The notes beneath the pieces were generated by a model. It did not search any database. It was given only the letters and a program-made list of their open reading frames with translations, and was not told the origin of the DNA. From NCBI GenBank assembly GCA_038064435.1, contig JBBTTC010000003.1, positions 9,205-73,204 on the forward strand: a stretch of 64,000 nucleotides of DNA. The letters run 5' to 3'. This DNA comes from Patescibacteria group bacterium. GTDB lineage: Bacteria; Patescibacteriota; Minisyncoccia; Phycocordibacterales; JACOZG01. A program made the position numbers and the translations under genes. Positions 35,151 through 44,721 of the stretch are shown here, one piece after another (the stretch's first letter is position 1; each line of letters opens with the position of its first letter).

Positions 35151-37607
35151 ATGGTCAAAAAATTATTATTAATCGGCTTGGTGATGGCCTTCTTTGGCGC
35201 CGGCAGCGTGATGCTTTGGTTCACCACGCTCGACATCCCCGACTTCCGTTCTTTCAATCAGGATCGACTAATCACCGAGTCAACCAAAATTTATGACCGG
35301 ACGGGTAAAATTGTGCTCTATAGTCTGCACGAAAATGTCGAACGACAAGTGGTGGATTTTGATCACATCTCACGCTTTGTTAAAAACGCCACCGTAGCAA
35401 TTGAAGACGACCAGTTTTACGAACACTATGGAGTTAAGCCGATGGCCATTCTTCGGGCTTTTTTTGTTAATTTGGGCACCGCCTCCTTTCGCCAGGGTGG
35501 TTCCACCATCACCCAACAATTAATCAAGAACTCGGTCTTAACTCAAGACAAAAAAATATCACGCAAGATCAAAGAACTGGTCTTGTCCATCAAGGTAGAG
35601 CAGGTCTTGAGCAAAGAGGAAATTTTAACTCTTTATCTCAATGAAACACCGTATGGGGGTAATTTGTATGGCATCGAGGAAGCTAGCCGATCTTTTTTTG
35701 GCAAAGCAGCCGCTGATCTCAATTTAGTCGAATCGTCCTATTTGGCGGCCATACCCAAAGCCCCCACTTTTTATTCTCCCTACGGCAACAACCGCGACAA
35801 GTTAGAAGAGAGAAAAAATCTGGTTCTGGAACGAATGCTGGCCCTCAACTTCATCACCGCCGAAGAAAAAACGGCCGCCCAGCAAACAAAAATAACCTTC
35901 CAGCCAGCGGCTGATCGAGGCATTAAAGCGCCGCACTTTGTGCTTTGGGTGCGCGACTACTTGGAAGAAAAATATGGCCCCGACGTGGTGCGGCGACGCG
36001 GTTTGAAAATTACCACAACTCTAGATTGGGAATGGCAAAAAAAGGCCGAGGCTGTTATTCGCGAGTTTGCGCCGGGCAATGAAGAAAAGTTTAGAGCCAA
36101 AAATGCCGGCATGGTGGTGATTGATCCAAAAACCGGCGACATCTTGGCCATGGTCGGCTCGCGCGATTATTTTGAAACCGAAAATGACGGTAACTTCAAC
36201 ATTACCCTGGCTCACCGTCAGCCGGGTTCGGCCTTTAAACCCTTTGTTTACGCCACCGCCTTTAACAAGAGCTACACACCGGAAACCGTACTATTCGATC
36301 TGGAAACTCAATTTGACACTAATTGTGACACCGACCCCACCCGTTGCTACACGCCCGGCAACTACGACAACAATTTTCGCGGCCCGATGACCTTGCGACA
36401 GGCCCTTGCCCAGTCAATTAATATTCCGTCCATCAAAGCTCTGTATTTGGCCGGCATCCGCGATTCGATTGAGACAGCCACCGCCATGGGAATTGAAAAC
36501 TTGGGTGACGCCAATCAATATGGTCTGCCCTTGGTGCTGGGCGGCGGTGAGGTGTCACTCCTCGACATGGTCAGCGCCTACGGTGTGTTTGCTAATGACG
36601 GCGTCCGTCACCCTTATCGTCGCCTGCTAAAAGTGGAAGATAATGATGGTCGGGTGCTGGAAGAATCCGCCATCAGCGGACGCCGCGTTTTGCCCGAAAA
36701 CACCGCTCGCCTAATCAGTGACATTTTGTCCGACAATGCCGCTCGCTCACCGACTTTTGGCGAAAACTCCCTGCTCCACTTCCCCGGCCGCGACGTAGCG
36801 GTAAAAACCGGTACCACTAATGATTATCGTGACACTTGGATCATTGGCTACACGCCCGAGGTGGCCGTCGGCGCCTGGGTGGGTAATAACGACAACACGC
36901 CACTGGAGAAAAAAGTGGCCGGCTTGATCGTGGCACCATTGTGGAATTCCTTCTTCCGTCAGATTATGCCCGAGCTGGCCGACGAACGCTTCCCCGATCC
37001 ATTACCGGCACGGAAAGACATCAAGCCGGTTCTGCGCGGCATCTGGCAGGGTGGTGAAAACTATTTTGTGGATCAATCGTCCGGCAAACTGGCCACTGAC
37101 TACACGCCACCGGAATTACGCCAAGAAAAAGTGGTGCCGGCCGTACATTCGATTTTGTATTGGCTAGACAAAAATAATCTGCACGGCCCACGACCGAGTA
37201 ATCCCGAGCTTGATCCGCAATTCAAACTCTGGGAAGAACCGGTGCGTCGCTGGGCCGCGGCGCGTGGTTTGACCGACAGCACCTTGGCCGTTGCCCCGAG
37301 CACCGAGGATGACGTCCATCGACCGGAATACAGACCGGTACTTTCTATCTCTGGACCCACTGGGCCGCAAACCAAAGATCAGGTAATCAGCGTGGAAGTG
37401 CGAGCCGAATCACGTTTCCCCCTAGCTCAGGTGGACTTTTTTCTCAACAATTCCTTCTTGGGTTCCGCCACCGCCGCCCCGTTTAAAATTTCCTTCCGGC
37501 CATCCACGATTGAACACTTGGCCACCAACAACGAGCTCCGCGCCGTCGGCTACGACCAAGTGCGCAACCAAGGCGAAGCCAAAATGACCTTGGAGATTAG
37601 GGAGTGA
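35151..37607 (+). CDS. mrcA: Bifunctional penicillin-binding protein 1A (glycosyltransferase + transpeptidase) with C-terminal extension
   Basis: GT51 motifs EDDQFYEHYGV, RQGGSTITQQL; transpeptidase SAFKPF, KTGTT. Confidence 0.85.
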   Translation: MVKKLLLIGLVMAFFGAGSVMLWFTTLDIPDFRSFNQDRLITESTKIYDRTGKIVLYSLHENVERQVVDFDHISRFVKNATVAIEDDQFYEHYGVKPMAILRAFFVNLGTASFRQGGSTITQQLIKNSVLTQDKKISRKIKELVLSIKVEQVLSKEEILTLYLNETPYGGNLYGIEEASRSFFGKAAADLNLVESSYLAAIPKAPTFYSPYGNNRDKLEERKNLVLERMLALNFITAEEKTAAQQTKITFQPAADRGIKAPHFVLWVRDYLEEKYGPDVVRRRGLKITTTLDWEWQKKAEAVIREFAPGNEEKFRAKNAGMVVIDPKTGDILAMVGSRDYFETENDGNFNITLAHRQPGSAFKPFVYATAFNKSYTPETVLFDLETQFDTNCDTDPTRCYTPGNYDNNFRGPMTLRQALAQSINIPSIKALYLAGIRDSIETATAMGIENLGDANQYGLPLVLGGGEVSLLDMVSAYGVFANDGVRHPYRRLLKVEDNDGRVLEESAISGRRVLPENTARLISDILSDNAARSPTFGENSLLHFPGRDVAVKTGTTNDYRDTWIIGYTPEVAVGAWVGNNDNTPLEKKVAGLIVAPLWNSFFRQIMPELADERFPDPLPARKDIKPVLRGIWQGGENYFVDQSSGKLATDYTPPELRQEKVVPAVHSILYWLDKNNLHGPRPSNPELDPQFKLWEEPVRRWAAARGLTDSTLAVAPSTEDDVHRPEYRPVLSISGPTGPQTKDQVISVEVRAESRFPLAQVDFFLNNSFLGSATAAPFKISFRPSTIEHLATNNELRAVGYDQVRNQGEAKMTLEIRE

Positions 37608-37618
37608 CAACTGTCTTT

Positions 37619-37879
37619 TTACTTATACAAATTGCTGTGGCTATCAATATCGTCAAACTCAACAACATCCTCGGACAAAAAGATAAAAATCGCTCGAATA
37701 TCGCCAGTGATGTTAATACTGCGATAACTGGCATAACGACCCTTGAGAGTGTGATTATTTAGTTCGGGACTAAAGGGATAGAGGGAAAACAATTTTAGCT
37801 TCAGTTGAAAAGCTTTTTTTATTTTGGGATTCAGTTTCTTGAATTTCTTTTCGAAGTTACGGTGAAAGAAAATTTTCAT
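37619..37879 (-). CDS. relE: RelE/ParE-family toxin (YafQ/RelE-like mRNA interferase)
   Basis: FEKKFKKLNPKIKKAFQLKLKLFSLYPFSPELNNHTLKGRYASYRSINITGDIRAIFIF...IDSHSNLY matches RelE/ParE consensus. Confidence 0.7.
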   Translation of the reverse strand: MKIFFHRNFEKKFKKLNPKIKKAFQLKLKLFSLYPFSPELNNHTLKGRYASYRSINITGDIRAIFIFLSEDVVEFDDIDSHSNLYK

Positions 37880-38154
37880 AGCGCCGCAAGATGTTTGATG
37901 GCCTCACTGGCGGTGAACGGGCCGGAGATGTTTTTCTTAGCTTGGCGATCAGCTTCAATGGCCGCTAGAGTGGCTTCCAGCTCGAGAGTCATTTGCGGGA
38001 CAACAGAAAAAGTCACTTCTTCGGTTCGAATCAATTGCTTCAAGAAAGAGTTGATGATGGTGGAGAGTGGCACACCCAAACGCTCGGCAATGTGTTGCGC
38101 CTGCTTCTTGACCTGCTTGTCGGCCTTGATGTTGATAACCGTTTTAGTATTCAT
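37876..38154 (-). CDS. RelB/DinJ-family antitoxin (start at internal MNTKTVINIK)
   Basis: MNTKTVINIKADKQVKKQAQHIAERLGVPLSTIINSFLKQLIRTEEVTF, DinJ-like RHH; overlaps toxin by 4 nt. Confidence 0.65.
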   Translation of the reverse strand: MNTKTVINIKADKQVKKQAQHIAERLGVPLSTIINSFLKQLIRTEEVTFSVVPQMTLELEATLAAIEADRQAKKNISGPFTASEAIKHLAAL

Positions 38155-38189
38155 ACTAACTATTGTATATACAACGGTTAAATAGTCAA

Positions 38190-38490
38190 CCCACTGTACC
38201 AACTCCGCACGATCGTGAATTAGTGGGACAATGCCCGCATCCGAAGTTCGACTTCCAACACGAGGCTCGAAAATGTGTTGTGATTTTTGCTCGCCCGCGG
38301 CCAAGGGCGCTATTGTCAAGGACTGTCCTTGCCAGTGGGATTAACTAGAAACAAAAACCCATTGTACCAACTTTTTCCGATCGTGAAGAGTTGGTACAAT
38401 GAAAATAATCAAAGCAAAACTATAAGCAACGCCCGAAGTTCGACTTCCAGCACGGCGCGCACTGTCAAGGACGATCCTTGACAGTGGGTG
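38190..38490. repeat. Two tandem degenerate copies of an about 130-170-bp unit containing ccgaagttcgacttcca(a/g)cacg, a ttgtaccaa palindrome and a perfect 12-bp-stem hairpin
   Basis: cactgtcaagga-cga-tccttgacagtg at 38461..38487; imperfect copy at 38313..38340; ccgaagttcgacttcc at 38242 and 38434. Confidence 0.5.
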
Positions 38491-38528
38491 GCACAAACCC
38501 CCAAGGTGACACTTGGGTGTGTTCGGTA

Positions 38529-40418
38529 TTAAGGTGTTCTAGACTGAAATCCGTAAGCTTCACTTGTCAGATATATGAATTCTCCAAGCGGGCCATCATC
38601 ATCTGGATCGAGCACCAAAACTGGCCCCTGAGATGTTGTAAAAAACCCGGAAGACTTCATCAGATAGGCGGAATCAGGAGCGGTGATATCGTACTTATCA
38701 AGCATTTCATTTCCACCACTAGTATAGTGCCGCAGGTAAAGACGGCCCACCGAGGAGAGGCCTAGTGATCCACCAACGCTGGCCAGATTGGCAAGAGTAA
38801 AACGTTCTTTAATTTGGGTCGGCGATTGATATTCCAGAAATACAAGCCCGGATAACGTAGAAATAATCACGTTATTGCGCCAAAGGTTCATTTTTCTACC
38901 CACAACCTGTGGTATATCAAGCACAAAACTAATGAGTGGACTAGTTGGGATGCGAATGTCTACTACCTGCATTTTTGTACCACCATCGTGAACGATTAAT
39001 GCTTCCGAATTCACTTGGATTAGATCGGGCACATGGCCCAAAAGAAAAGTGCCTAGGGGGAGTTCTTTGCCAACGATAGGGCTCGAAACATTAGTAATGT
39101 TTATGGGAAATATCTTGAAAGCAGCCAGAGCGAAAACGTGACCCTTGACCGCACCCACACGGGAAATAGAGGTTGAACCTAACTGTTGGGGAGAAACGTG
39201 TGAAAGTAAAACAAAATTGTCTGGGTCAGCACGATAAATATCGAGACCTCTTGTCCCGCGAGCAAGATACAGTAGACCATCAGACAAAAACATTTGGATG
39301 ACCTCACTGATCTCAGTTACCGGCATAAGACGAATGCGCGGCAGAGAATAGGGATTACTTAAATCAGCGAGGCCCAGACGATCGTTGCTGCCAGACATCA
39401 ACCAAACCTTATTGCCTTCAATAACATAATTCTGATTGGCACGAAATGAAATAATTTCGTTAGTTACTGGATCAATCGGTGGATACATCCTTGCAATAAA
39501 ATCCATACTTGTCGCCACATGCACCGTCTTGAACACCACATCAGAAACATAGGGGTTGTTCCTTCGCACAGTCAAACTTACTTGTCTCTGAACATTCGGA
39601 TCAGGAAATTGATATTCAACTACGCCAGGTATGATTCGTGTACCGCCGTAGGGTAGGCCCCAACTGTCACGATCAAACTGGCCGACGGATGAACGAGCAT
39701 CGAGTCTTACCTTCAGACCCAGTTCAATCTGGTCATGGCTAGCGTCAGTGTCATCATCCTGCAAATCGATCTCCTCCCACACCTTACCGTCAGCACAAGT
39801 GCCATGAGTCGGTTCAGCATTTGTGCTGGCTAGACGGTAGGCGGTGTAGTTGGCAGTTAAGGTAGCATTGGCTGGGTCGGGGGTGACAGTGATGGGTAGT
39901 TGATCGATCGTGGTAATGATGCCGTTTTGCGTAACTTGGAGAATTGGCTGGTAGTCACCAGGCAGAGAGTAGATATGCGACCAGTTAATAGCGGTGCCGG
40001 GGGTGATTTTACCGCGCCGCACAGTGCAATCGCCAAAGCGCCATTCGTAGGTGGAGTCAGGTGAATAGCCAGCCGTGGCTTGGGTGAAGTTAGCTGGGCT
40101 ACCGTGAGGAATGGTGCTGATGTTGGTGGGCGCGGCAAAAGCGTCGAGGAAAGCGATGATGTCGTCAATGTCGATGTCTTTGTTGCCCGGACAAGGCGCA
40201 ATGTCGCAGTCGGGACAAGAGGTGTAGCCGTTGGCGAAAGCGTCGGTTAGCTTGAGGAGATCGTCAAGGTCAATGTCGCTATCGTGGTCGAGATCGGGGG
40301 TGGGGCAGTTGTTAGAGGCGGCTAATTGAGTGCCAGTATTTAAGTTAGTGTTAAAAGTAAAAGTTATCAGAACAAGAATAGCGGCTACACCAAAAGGCAG
40401 AGTGAGGAACTTGAGCAT
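38529..40418 (-). CDS. Secreted cell-surface protein: signal peptide, dockerin-like Ca-binding repeats, PKD-like domain, LVIVD-repeat beta-propeller region
   Basis: N-terminal signal MLKFLTLPFGVAAILVLITF; DLDHDSDIDLDDLLKLTDAF and NKDIDIDDIIAFLDAF dockerin-type repeats; later GLDIYRADPDNFVLLSHV / MQVVDIRIPTSP LVIVD-like repeats. Confidence 0.55.
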   Translation of the reverse strand: MLKFLTLPFGVAAILVLITFTFNTNLNTGTQLAASNNCPTPDLDHDSDIDLDDLLKLTDAFANGYTSCPDCDIAPCPGNKDIDIDDIIAFLDAFAAPTNISTIPHGSPANFTQATAGYSPDSTYEWRFGDCTVRRGKITPGTAINWSHIYSLPGDYQPILQVTQNGIITTIDQLPITVTPDPANATLTANYTAYRLASTNAEPTHGTCADGKVWEEIDLQDDDTDASHDQIELGLKVRLDARSSVGQFDRDSWGLPYGGTRIIPGVVEYQFPDPNVQRQVSLTVRRNNPYVSDVVFKTVHVATSMDFIARMYPPIDPVTNEIISFRANQNYVIEGNKVWLMSGSNDRLGLADLSNPYSLPRIRLMPVTEISEVIQMFLSDGLLYLARGTRGLDIYRADPDNFVLLSHVSPQQLGSTSISRVGAVKGHVFALAAFKIFPINITNVSSPIVGKELPLGTFLLGHVPDLIQVNSEALIVHDGGTKMQVVDIRIPTSPLISFVLDIPQVVGRKMNLWRNNVIISTLSGLVFLEYQSPTQIKERFTLANLASVGGSLGLSSVGRLYLRHYTSGGNEMLDKYDITAPDSAYLMKSSGFFTTSQGPVLVLDPDDDGPLGEFIYLTSEAYGFQSRTP

Positions 40419-40445
40419 ATTAAAAATTGTACCATATTCATAAAA

Positions 40446-40703
40446 TCACAAAATATCAATCGGGGCGTGGCGATTGAGAGTGGCGGCGAGACGCTGGAGA
40501 ATTTTGCTTTTCTGGACAAAAATTTCACCACGGACTAGCGGCGAAATTTGTAAGTACACGCGCCGACCGCTGACTTTTATTTGCTCGGACTTAAGCTGGT
40601 AACCACTAAATTTAAAAACTGTCTCAATAATGGCCTCCTTTAGATCCTGATGCGGTTTTTTCCAGTCGGCAAACTTAGCCAAAAAATCACCGAGGTGATT
40701 CAT
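40446..40703 (-). CDS. DUF721/DciA-like small protein immediately downstream of dnaN
   Basis: 85 aa; IKVSGRRVYLQISPLVRGEIFVQKSKILQRL resembles DUF721 core; conserved synteny with dnaN. Confidence 0.45.
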   Translation of the reverse strand: MNHLGDFLAKFADWKKPHQDLKEAIIETVFKFSGYQLKSEQIKVSGRRVYLQISPLVRGEIFVQKSKILQRLAATLNRHAPIDIL

Positions 40704-41812
40704 AGGGCCGGATTAAGAAGCGGCATAATCAAGTAAGTAAAACTAGCATCACCCACCCCGGTCATAATTACCGGTTTATTGGCGCCATTAAGCTTTAAAT
40801 TAATCGTATTGGCCATCAAGGACGTCATGGCTTCAAGCAAATATCGGGCATTAAGACTCACCGTCACGGGATCACCGGTAATTGTGGCCGTTAACTGACT
40901 TTCTTGATTACCGATCTCGCTATCGCGGCTCATTAATTCGATTTTTTGTTGTTTAGGATCAATGTTTAAGCTAATTTTACTAAGTTTATCGGCAAAAATA
41001 TTAGCCAACTTGAGCGCATTAACCCAATCCTGACGTAAAATGACCACTTCGGTCTCGTGCTGACGGGGAATAATTTGTTGGTAGTCGGGAAAATTACCGT
41101 CAATCAAACGAGTGGTGAAGTAAATTTCGCCGCCCACGATAACTAATTGATTTTTATCAAAGCTTACGGCCACCGAGCCAGTTTGATTCTCAAATGAGCG
41201 AATAATTTCGAGAGTATTGCGAGCCGGAACAATCAAGCTTAAACCTTTGATGTTAGTCGGGCTTAAATTAATCTTTTTTTCCGCCAAACGAAAGGAATCG
41301 GTGGCCGCTAAGACGAGATCCACACCGCTCTGATGCCAATAAACGCTATTTATTTCGGGTTTAATGCCGGAAGTTGAGGCGGCGTACCACACAGCCCGTA
41401 AACCTCCAATTAAGTCCTCTGCTGGCAATTCCAGCGTCTCACTGGTCTTGATGGTTGGCAAAGTGGGAAAGTCACCGCTGGGGTAACTTTTTATCGTGGC
41501 GGAATTAGTCGGCGTAGTAATTGTTAGATTATCGTTATTTAAAGACAAAGCAACCTTGTCTTTACCACTTAAATGGCTTAAAAACGAGTTCAAAATTGAA
41601 CCCTTAACAACGGCAGTGCCCGACTGGGAAACACGGGCATTAATGGTAATTTCTATACCTACTTCCAAATTAGTAGCGCGAACAGTGATTTTATTATCCT
41701 TCGCCCCCAAAAACACGTTGGCGAGCAACGGCAAGCTAAGATTTTTGCCAGTTGCTTTGTCAGCTAAACTAATCGCTCGACTTAATCCTTCAATAATGAC
41801 CTCGGCTTTCAT
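40700..41812 (-). CDS. dnaN: DNA polymerase III beta sliding clamp
   Basis: 370 aa three-domain clamp; MKAEVIIEGLSRAISLADKATGKNLSLPLLANVFL. Confidence 0.9.
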   Translation of the reverse strand: MKAEVIIEGLSRAISLADKATGKNLSLPLLANVFLGAKDNKITVRATNLEVGIEITINARVSQSGTAVVKGSILNSFLSHLSGKDKVALSLNNDNLTITTPTNSATIKSYPSGDFPTLPTIKTSETLELPAEDLIGGLRAVWYAASTSGIKPEINSVYWHQSGVDLVLAATDSFRLAEKKINLSPTNIKGLSLIVPARNTLEIIRSFENQTGSVAVSFDKNQLVIVGGEIYFTTRLIDGNFPDYQQIIPRQHETEVVILRQDWVNALKLANIFADKLSKISLNIDPKQQKIELMSRDSEIGNQESQLTATITGDPVTVSLNARYLLEAMTSLMANTINLKLNGANKPVIMTGVGDASFTYLIMPLLNPAL

Positions 41813-41879
41813 GTTATGAATCTCTATTTAATCTTACTTAAAGAATTTGATGGCAATAATTATCCTGTTGATATGTTAA

Positions 41880-42007
41880 TAACTCGATCTTAACTTTATT
41901 TTTAGCCGTTTTTTGGATTGAGGCCTGTGGATAAGGTCTGATCAGATTATGGCTAGAGAGTTGACTATTTATCAGCATTCACGGCCTATCCACTGCTTAT
42001 CCACAGG
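41880..42007. promoter_or_regulatory. DnaA-box cluster / candidate oriC element between dnaN and dnaA
   Basis: Perfect TTATCCACA at 41997..42005 (+) and 41926..41934 (as TGTGGATAA), 7/9 box cTATCCACt at about 41986; AT-rich tract 41881..41920. Confidence 0.6.
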
Positions 42008-43378
42008 TTATACCTCGTTGTACAGACGGTTACGGATTTGCTCTAATTCTTGAACTAAAGAATTATTGCTCTTCAAGTCCTGTTTGATCTTATCATAGGC
42101 ATGAATAACCGTGGTATGGTCGCGGCCGCCCAACTTTTGTCCAATATAGGGGTAGGAACTATTGCAATCCTCACGCAAGATATACATTATCATCTGGCGT
42201 GGCTTAACCACCTCCTTTTTTCGGGTTTTGTCATAGAGCATACGCTCGTCAATATTGTAAAAGTCGGCCACGACACTGGTGACATTTTTAATTGAGACAG
42301 TTTTTTGCGGTTTAATGTTGTTTTTTAGTAAACTTCTCACCTCCCCCATATTCAGCTCGCGTTTTTTAAGATAGGCCTGGCAGACCACGGCATTAAGTGC
42401 GCCCTCTAGTTCGCGGATATTCTCCTGAACCACGGTGGCGATGTATTCGATTATTTCATCTGGCAAGGAAAAGTTAAGACTTTGGGATTTAGATTTAAGA
42501 ATAGCCAATCGTGACTCAAATTCGGGCTTGGAAATACCAACGATCATGCCGCCTTCAAAGCGCGATTTTAGGCGATCTTCCAAATTGGGTATAAATTTTG
42601 GTGATTTGTCAGACGAAAAGATGATTTGTTTGTTATTCTCGTAAAAATTATTGAACAAGTGGAACAATTCGTCTTGGGTTCGATCTTTATTAGCCAAAAA
42701 TTGCGTATCGTCCATGATTAAAACATCGTATTTGCGATATTTTTCCTTAAAACCGTTAGTTTTGTTGTTTAAAACCGAATTAACGTAATCAATCGAAAAG
42801 CGTTCAGCGCTAACGTAGTAGATTTTTTTATTGGCATTAATTTTCTTAAGATGATTGCCGATCGACTGGATTAAGTGGGTTTTACCTAAACCAGTTGGCC
42901 CGTAAATAAAGAGCGGGTTATAGACCATGCCGGGATTTTTAACTACGGCTTGCGAGGCGGCATGGGCCAACTCGTTAAAAGTGCCAACCACGAAGGAATC
43001 AAAGATGTATTTAGAGTTAAGGTTATCGTCTTTGTTGATATACAGATCGTTGAGCCCTAGTTGTTGGTTAAGTGATGGTTTTTCTCCCATCACCTCTTCT
43101 TTGGTCGGTGATTTAGGCTTATCGTCATTGGTTTTTTGGATAATATACTCCAAACTGCGCACCTCGGGACACAAATTACGAATGGTTTTTATAATCGACA
43201 AATGGTATTTGCTGGCCAGCCATTCTTTAGCGAAGGAATTAGGCACACCAACGTACATCACGCCAGCTTCCTGTTTAATAATATTGGTATTACGGAACCA
43301 AGTACCGAAAGTAGCACGAGAAATTGTTAATTCAATCTCGGTTAGCACATCAGTCCACAATTTTTTGTGGTCAGTCAT
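42008..43378 (-). CDS. dnaA: Chromosomal replication initiator DnaA
   Basis: AAA+ YNPLFIYGPTGLGKTHL, VLIMDDTQFL, C-terminal DnaA-box-binding domain. Confidence 0.9.
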   Translation of the reverse strand: MTDHKKLWTDVLTEIELTISRATFGTWFRNTNIIKQEAGVMYVGVPNSFAKEWLASKYHLSIIKTIRNLCPEVRSLEYIIQKTNDDKPKSPTKEEVMGEKPSLNQQLGLNDLYINKDDNLNSKYIFDSFVVGTFNELAHAASQAVVKNPGMVYNPLFIYGPTGLGKTHLIQSIGNHLKKINANKKIYYVSAERFSIDYVNSVLNNKTNGFKEKYRKYDVLIMDDTQFLANKDRTQDELFHLFNNFYENNKQIIFSSDKSPKFIPNLEDRLKSRFEGGMIVGISKPEFESRLAILKSKSQSLNFSLPDEIIEYIATVVQENIRELEGALNAVVCQAYLKKRELNMGEVRSLLKNNIKPQKTVSIKNVTSVVADFYNIDERMLYDKTRKKEVVKPRQMIMYILREDCNSSYPYIGQKLGGRDHTTVIHAYDKIKQDLKSNNSLVQELEQIRNRLYNEV

Positions 43379-43486
43379 GGGCCTAATTATATTCTCTCGA
43401 GACGGAAGAGCAACTTGTGATACTGCCGTTGGTTAATTGAAATAAAAAATGTTTTCGGCTAACATACCAATACAGCTAAATACACG

Positions 43487-43621
43487 ATGTCGCAAACTTA
43501 TCAACCCAAAAATCGCAAACGCAAGCGCACTCACGGTTGGCGCCGGCGCCAGTCTACGGCCGGTGGCCGGCGTGTGGTGGCCGGCCGCCGGCGAATTGGC
43601 CGCCGGCGCTTGACGGTCTAG
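43487..43621 (+). CDS. rpmH: 50S ribosomal protein L34
   Basis: [44 protein letters not shown] (44 aa; below ORF-track cutoff), divergent from dnaA. Confidence 0.85.
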   Translation: MSQTYQPKNRKRKRTHGWRRRQSTAGGRRVVAGRRRIGRRRLTV

Positions 43622-43636
43622 GCGCCAGCTAGATCA

Positions 43637-43984
43637 ATGTTGCCTCTGGCCCTAAGATTGGGGCGCGATCAGGCTACACAAGTGCTTAAACTTGGCCGAC
43701 CGTGGTCGGGCGCCTACCTCTCGGCCCGCATCTTGAGGTCGAGTGACCATTTGTTGCCCTCGCGTTTTGCTTTTGTTGTTTCTAGTAAGAACGTCAAGCG
43801 CGCCGTTGACCGCCACCAACTTAAGCGTCGTGGACGTTCGATTATCATTAACCAGCGCGAGCATCTAGCCCCCGGCTACTGGGCGATGATTTTCTTCAAA
43901 GCCAGTGCGCGGGAGTTAAATTTTGCCAGTTTAGAAAAAGACATGCTAAATTTATTGACGGCGACCAAGTTATTAATTAAATGA
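43637..43984 (+). CDS. rnpA: RNase P protein component
   Basis: RLGRDQATQVLKLGRPWSGAYLSARIL...FAFVVSSKNVKRAVDRHQLKRRGR. Confidence 0.8.
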   Translation: MLPLALRLGRDQATQVLKLGRPWSGAYLSARILRSSDHLLPSRFAFVVSSKNVKRAVDRHQLKRRGRSIIINQREHLAPGYWAMIFFKASARELNFASLEKDMLNLLTATKLLIK

Positions 43985-44721
43985 TTGCCAATCTTTTTAA
44001 TACGATCTTTTTTGAACCGCTATACAATGCTCTGGTTTTTATCAGTAGCGTTTTGCCGGGCCATAATCTAGGTTTGGCCATAATTATCTTAACCTTGATT
44101 GTCAAACTCATTCTTTTTCCCCTCTATCATCGGGTGGCCACTACGCAAAAAAAATTAAAAACCCTTGAGCCGGAACTAAAAAAAATAAAAGATGAACACC
44201 GCGATAATCGTCAACGTCAAGCGGAAAAAATAATGGAGCTCTATCGTCAGCATGGGCTTAATCCCCTGTCAGGCTTATGGATTATGCTTATCCAGATTCC
44301 CATTCTGCTGGCCTTATTTTGGGTGTTTCGCGATAGCGTGACCTTGCGGCCAGAATTGTTGTATTCGTTTGTTAAGCCGCCGGCGACGCTCAACAGTTAT
44401 CTCGGTTTTATTGATTTAACTCAAGCCAGTTATTTGCTGGCTATTCTCACTGGCGCGGCCCAATGGTTGCAAATGCAACTCTCCATTCCTCCTTTGCCGG
44501 CATCCGATCCCCAGACGGCTAAGGGCTTTAGTCAGGACTTGGCCAAAAGTATGAATATTCAAGCTCGGTATGTTTTACCCGCGATGATGCTAGTTTTTTC
44601 TCTCGGTTTACCCGGAGCCATTGCTTTGTACTGGCTGGTGGGTAGCTTATTTACTATCGCCCACGAACTTTTAGTTAAGAGGCAGACGAAGGCGCTTTTA
44701 GGGGCAGAGACCATAAACTAA
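43981..44721 (+). CDS. yidC: Membrane protein insertase YidC (short form)
   Basis: AIIILTLIVKLILFPL...KKLKTLEPELKKIKDEH...QAEKIMELYRQHGLNPLSG. Confidence 0.85.
   Translation: MIANLFNTIFFEPLYNALVFISSVLPGHNLGLAIIILTLIVKLILFPLYHRVATTQKKLKTLEPELKKIKDEHRDNRQRQAEKIMELYRQHGLNPLSGLWIMLIQIPILLALFWVFRDSVTLRPELLYSFVKPPATLNSYLGFIDLTQASYLLAILTGAAQWLQMQLSIPPLPASDPQTAKGFSQDLAKSMNIQARYVLPAMMLVFSLGLPGAIALYWLVGSLFTIAHELLVKRQTKALLGAETIN

Noticed and set aside
38190-38490. CRISPR array
   Set aside because: There are only two degenerate repeat copies of unequal length. No regular repeat-spacer periodicity and no cas genes are nearby.
43379-43486. Second oriC half (DnaA boxes) upstream of dnaA
   Set aside because: The region is AT-rich but has no TTATCCACA-like 9-mer with two or fewer mismatches. 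It likely holds only the divergent dnaA/rpmH promoters.
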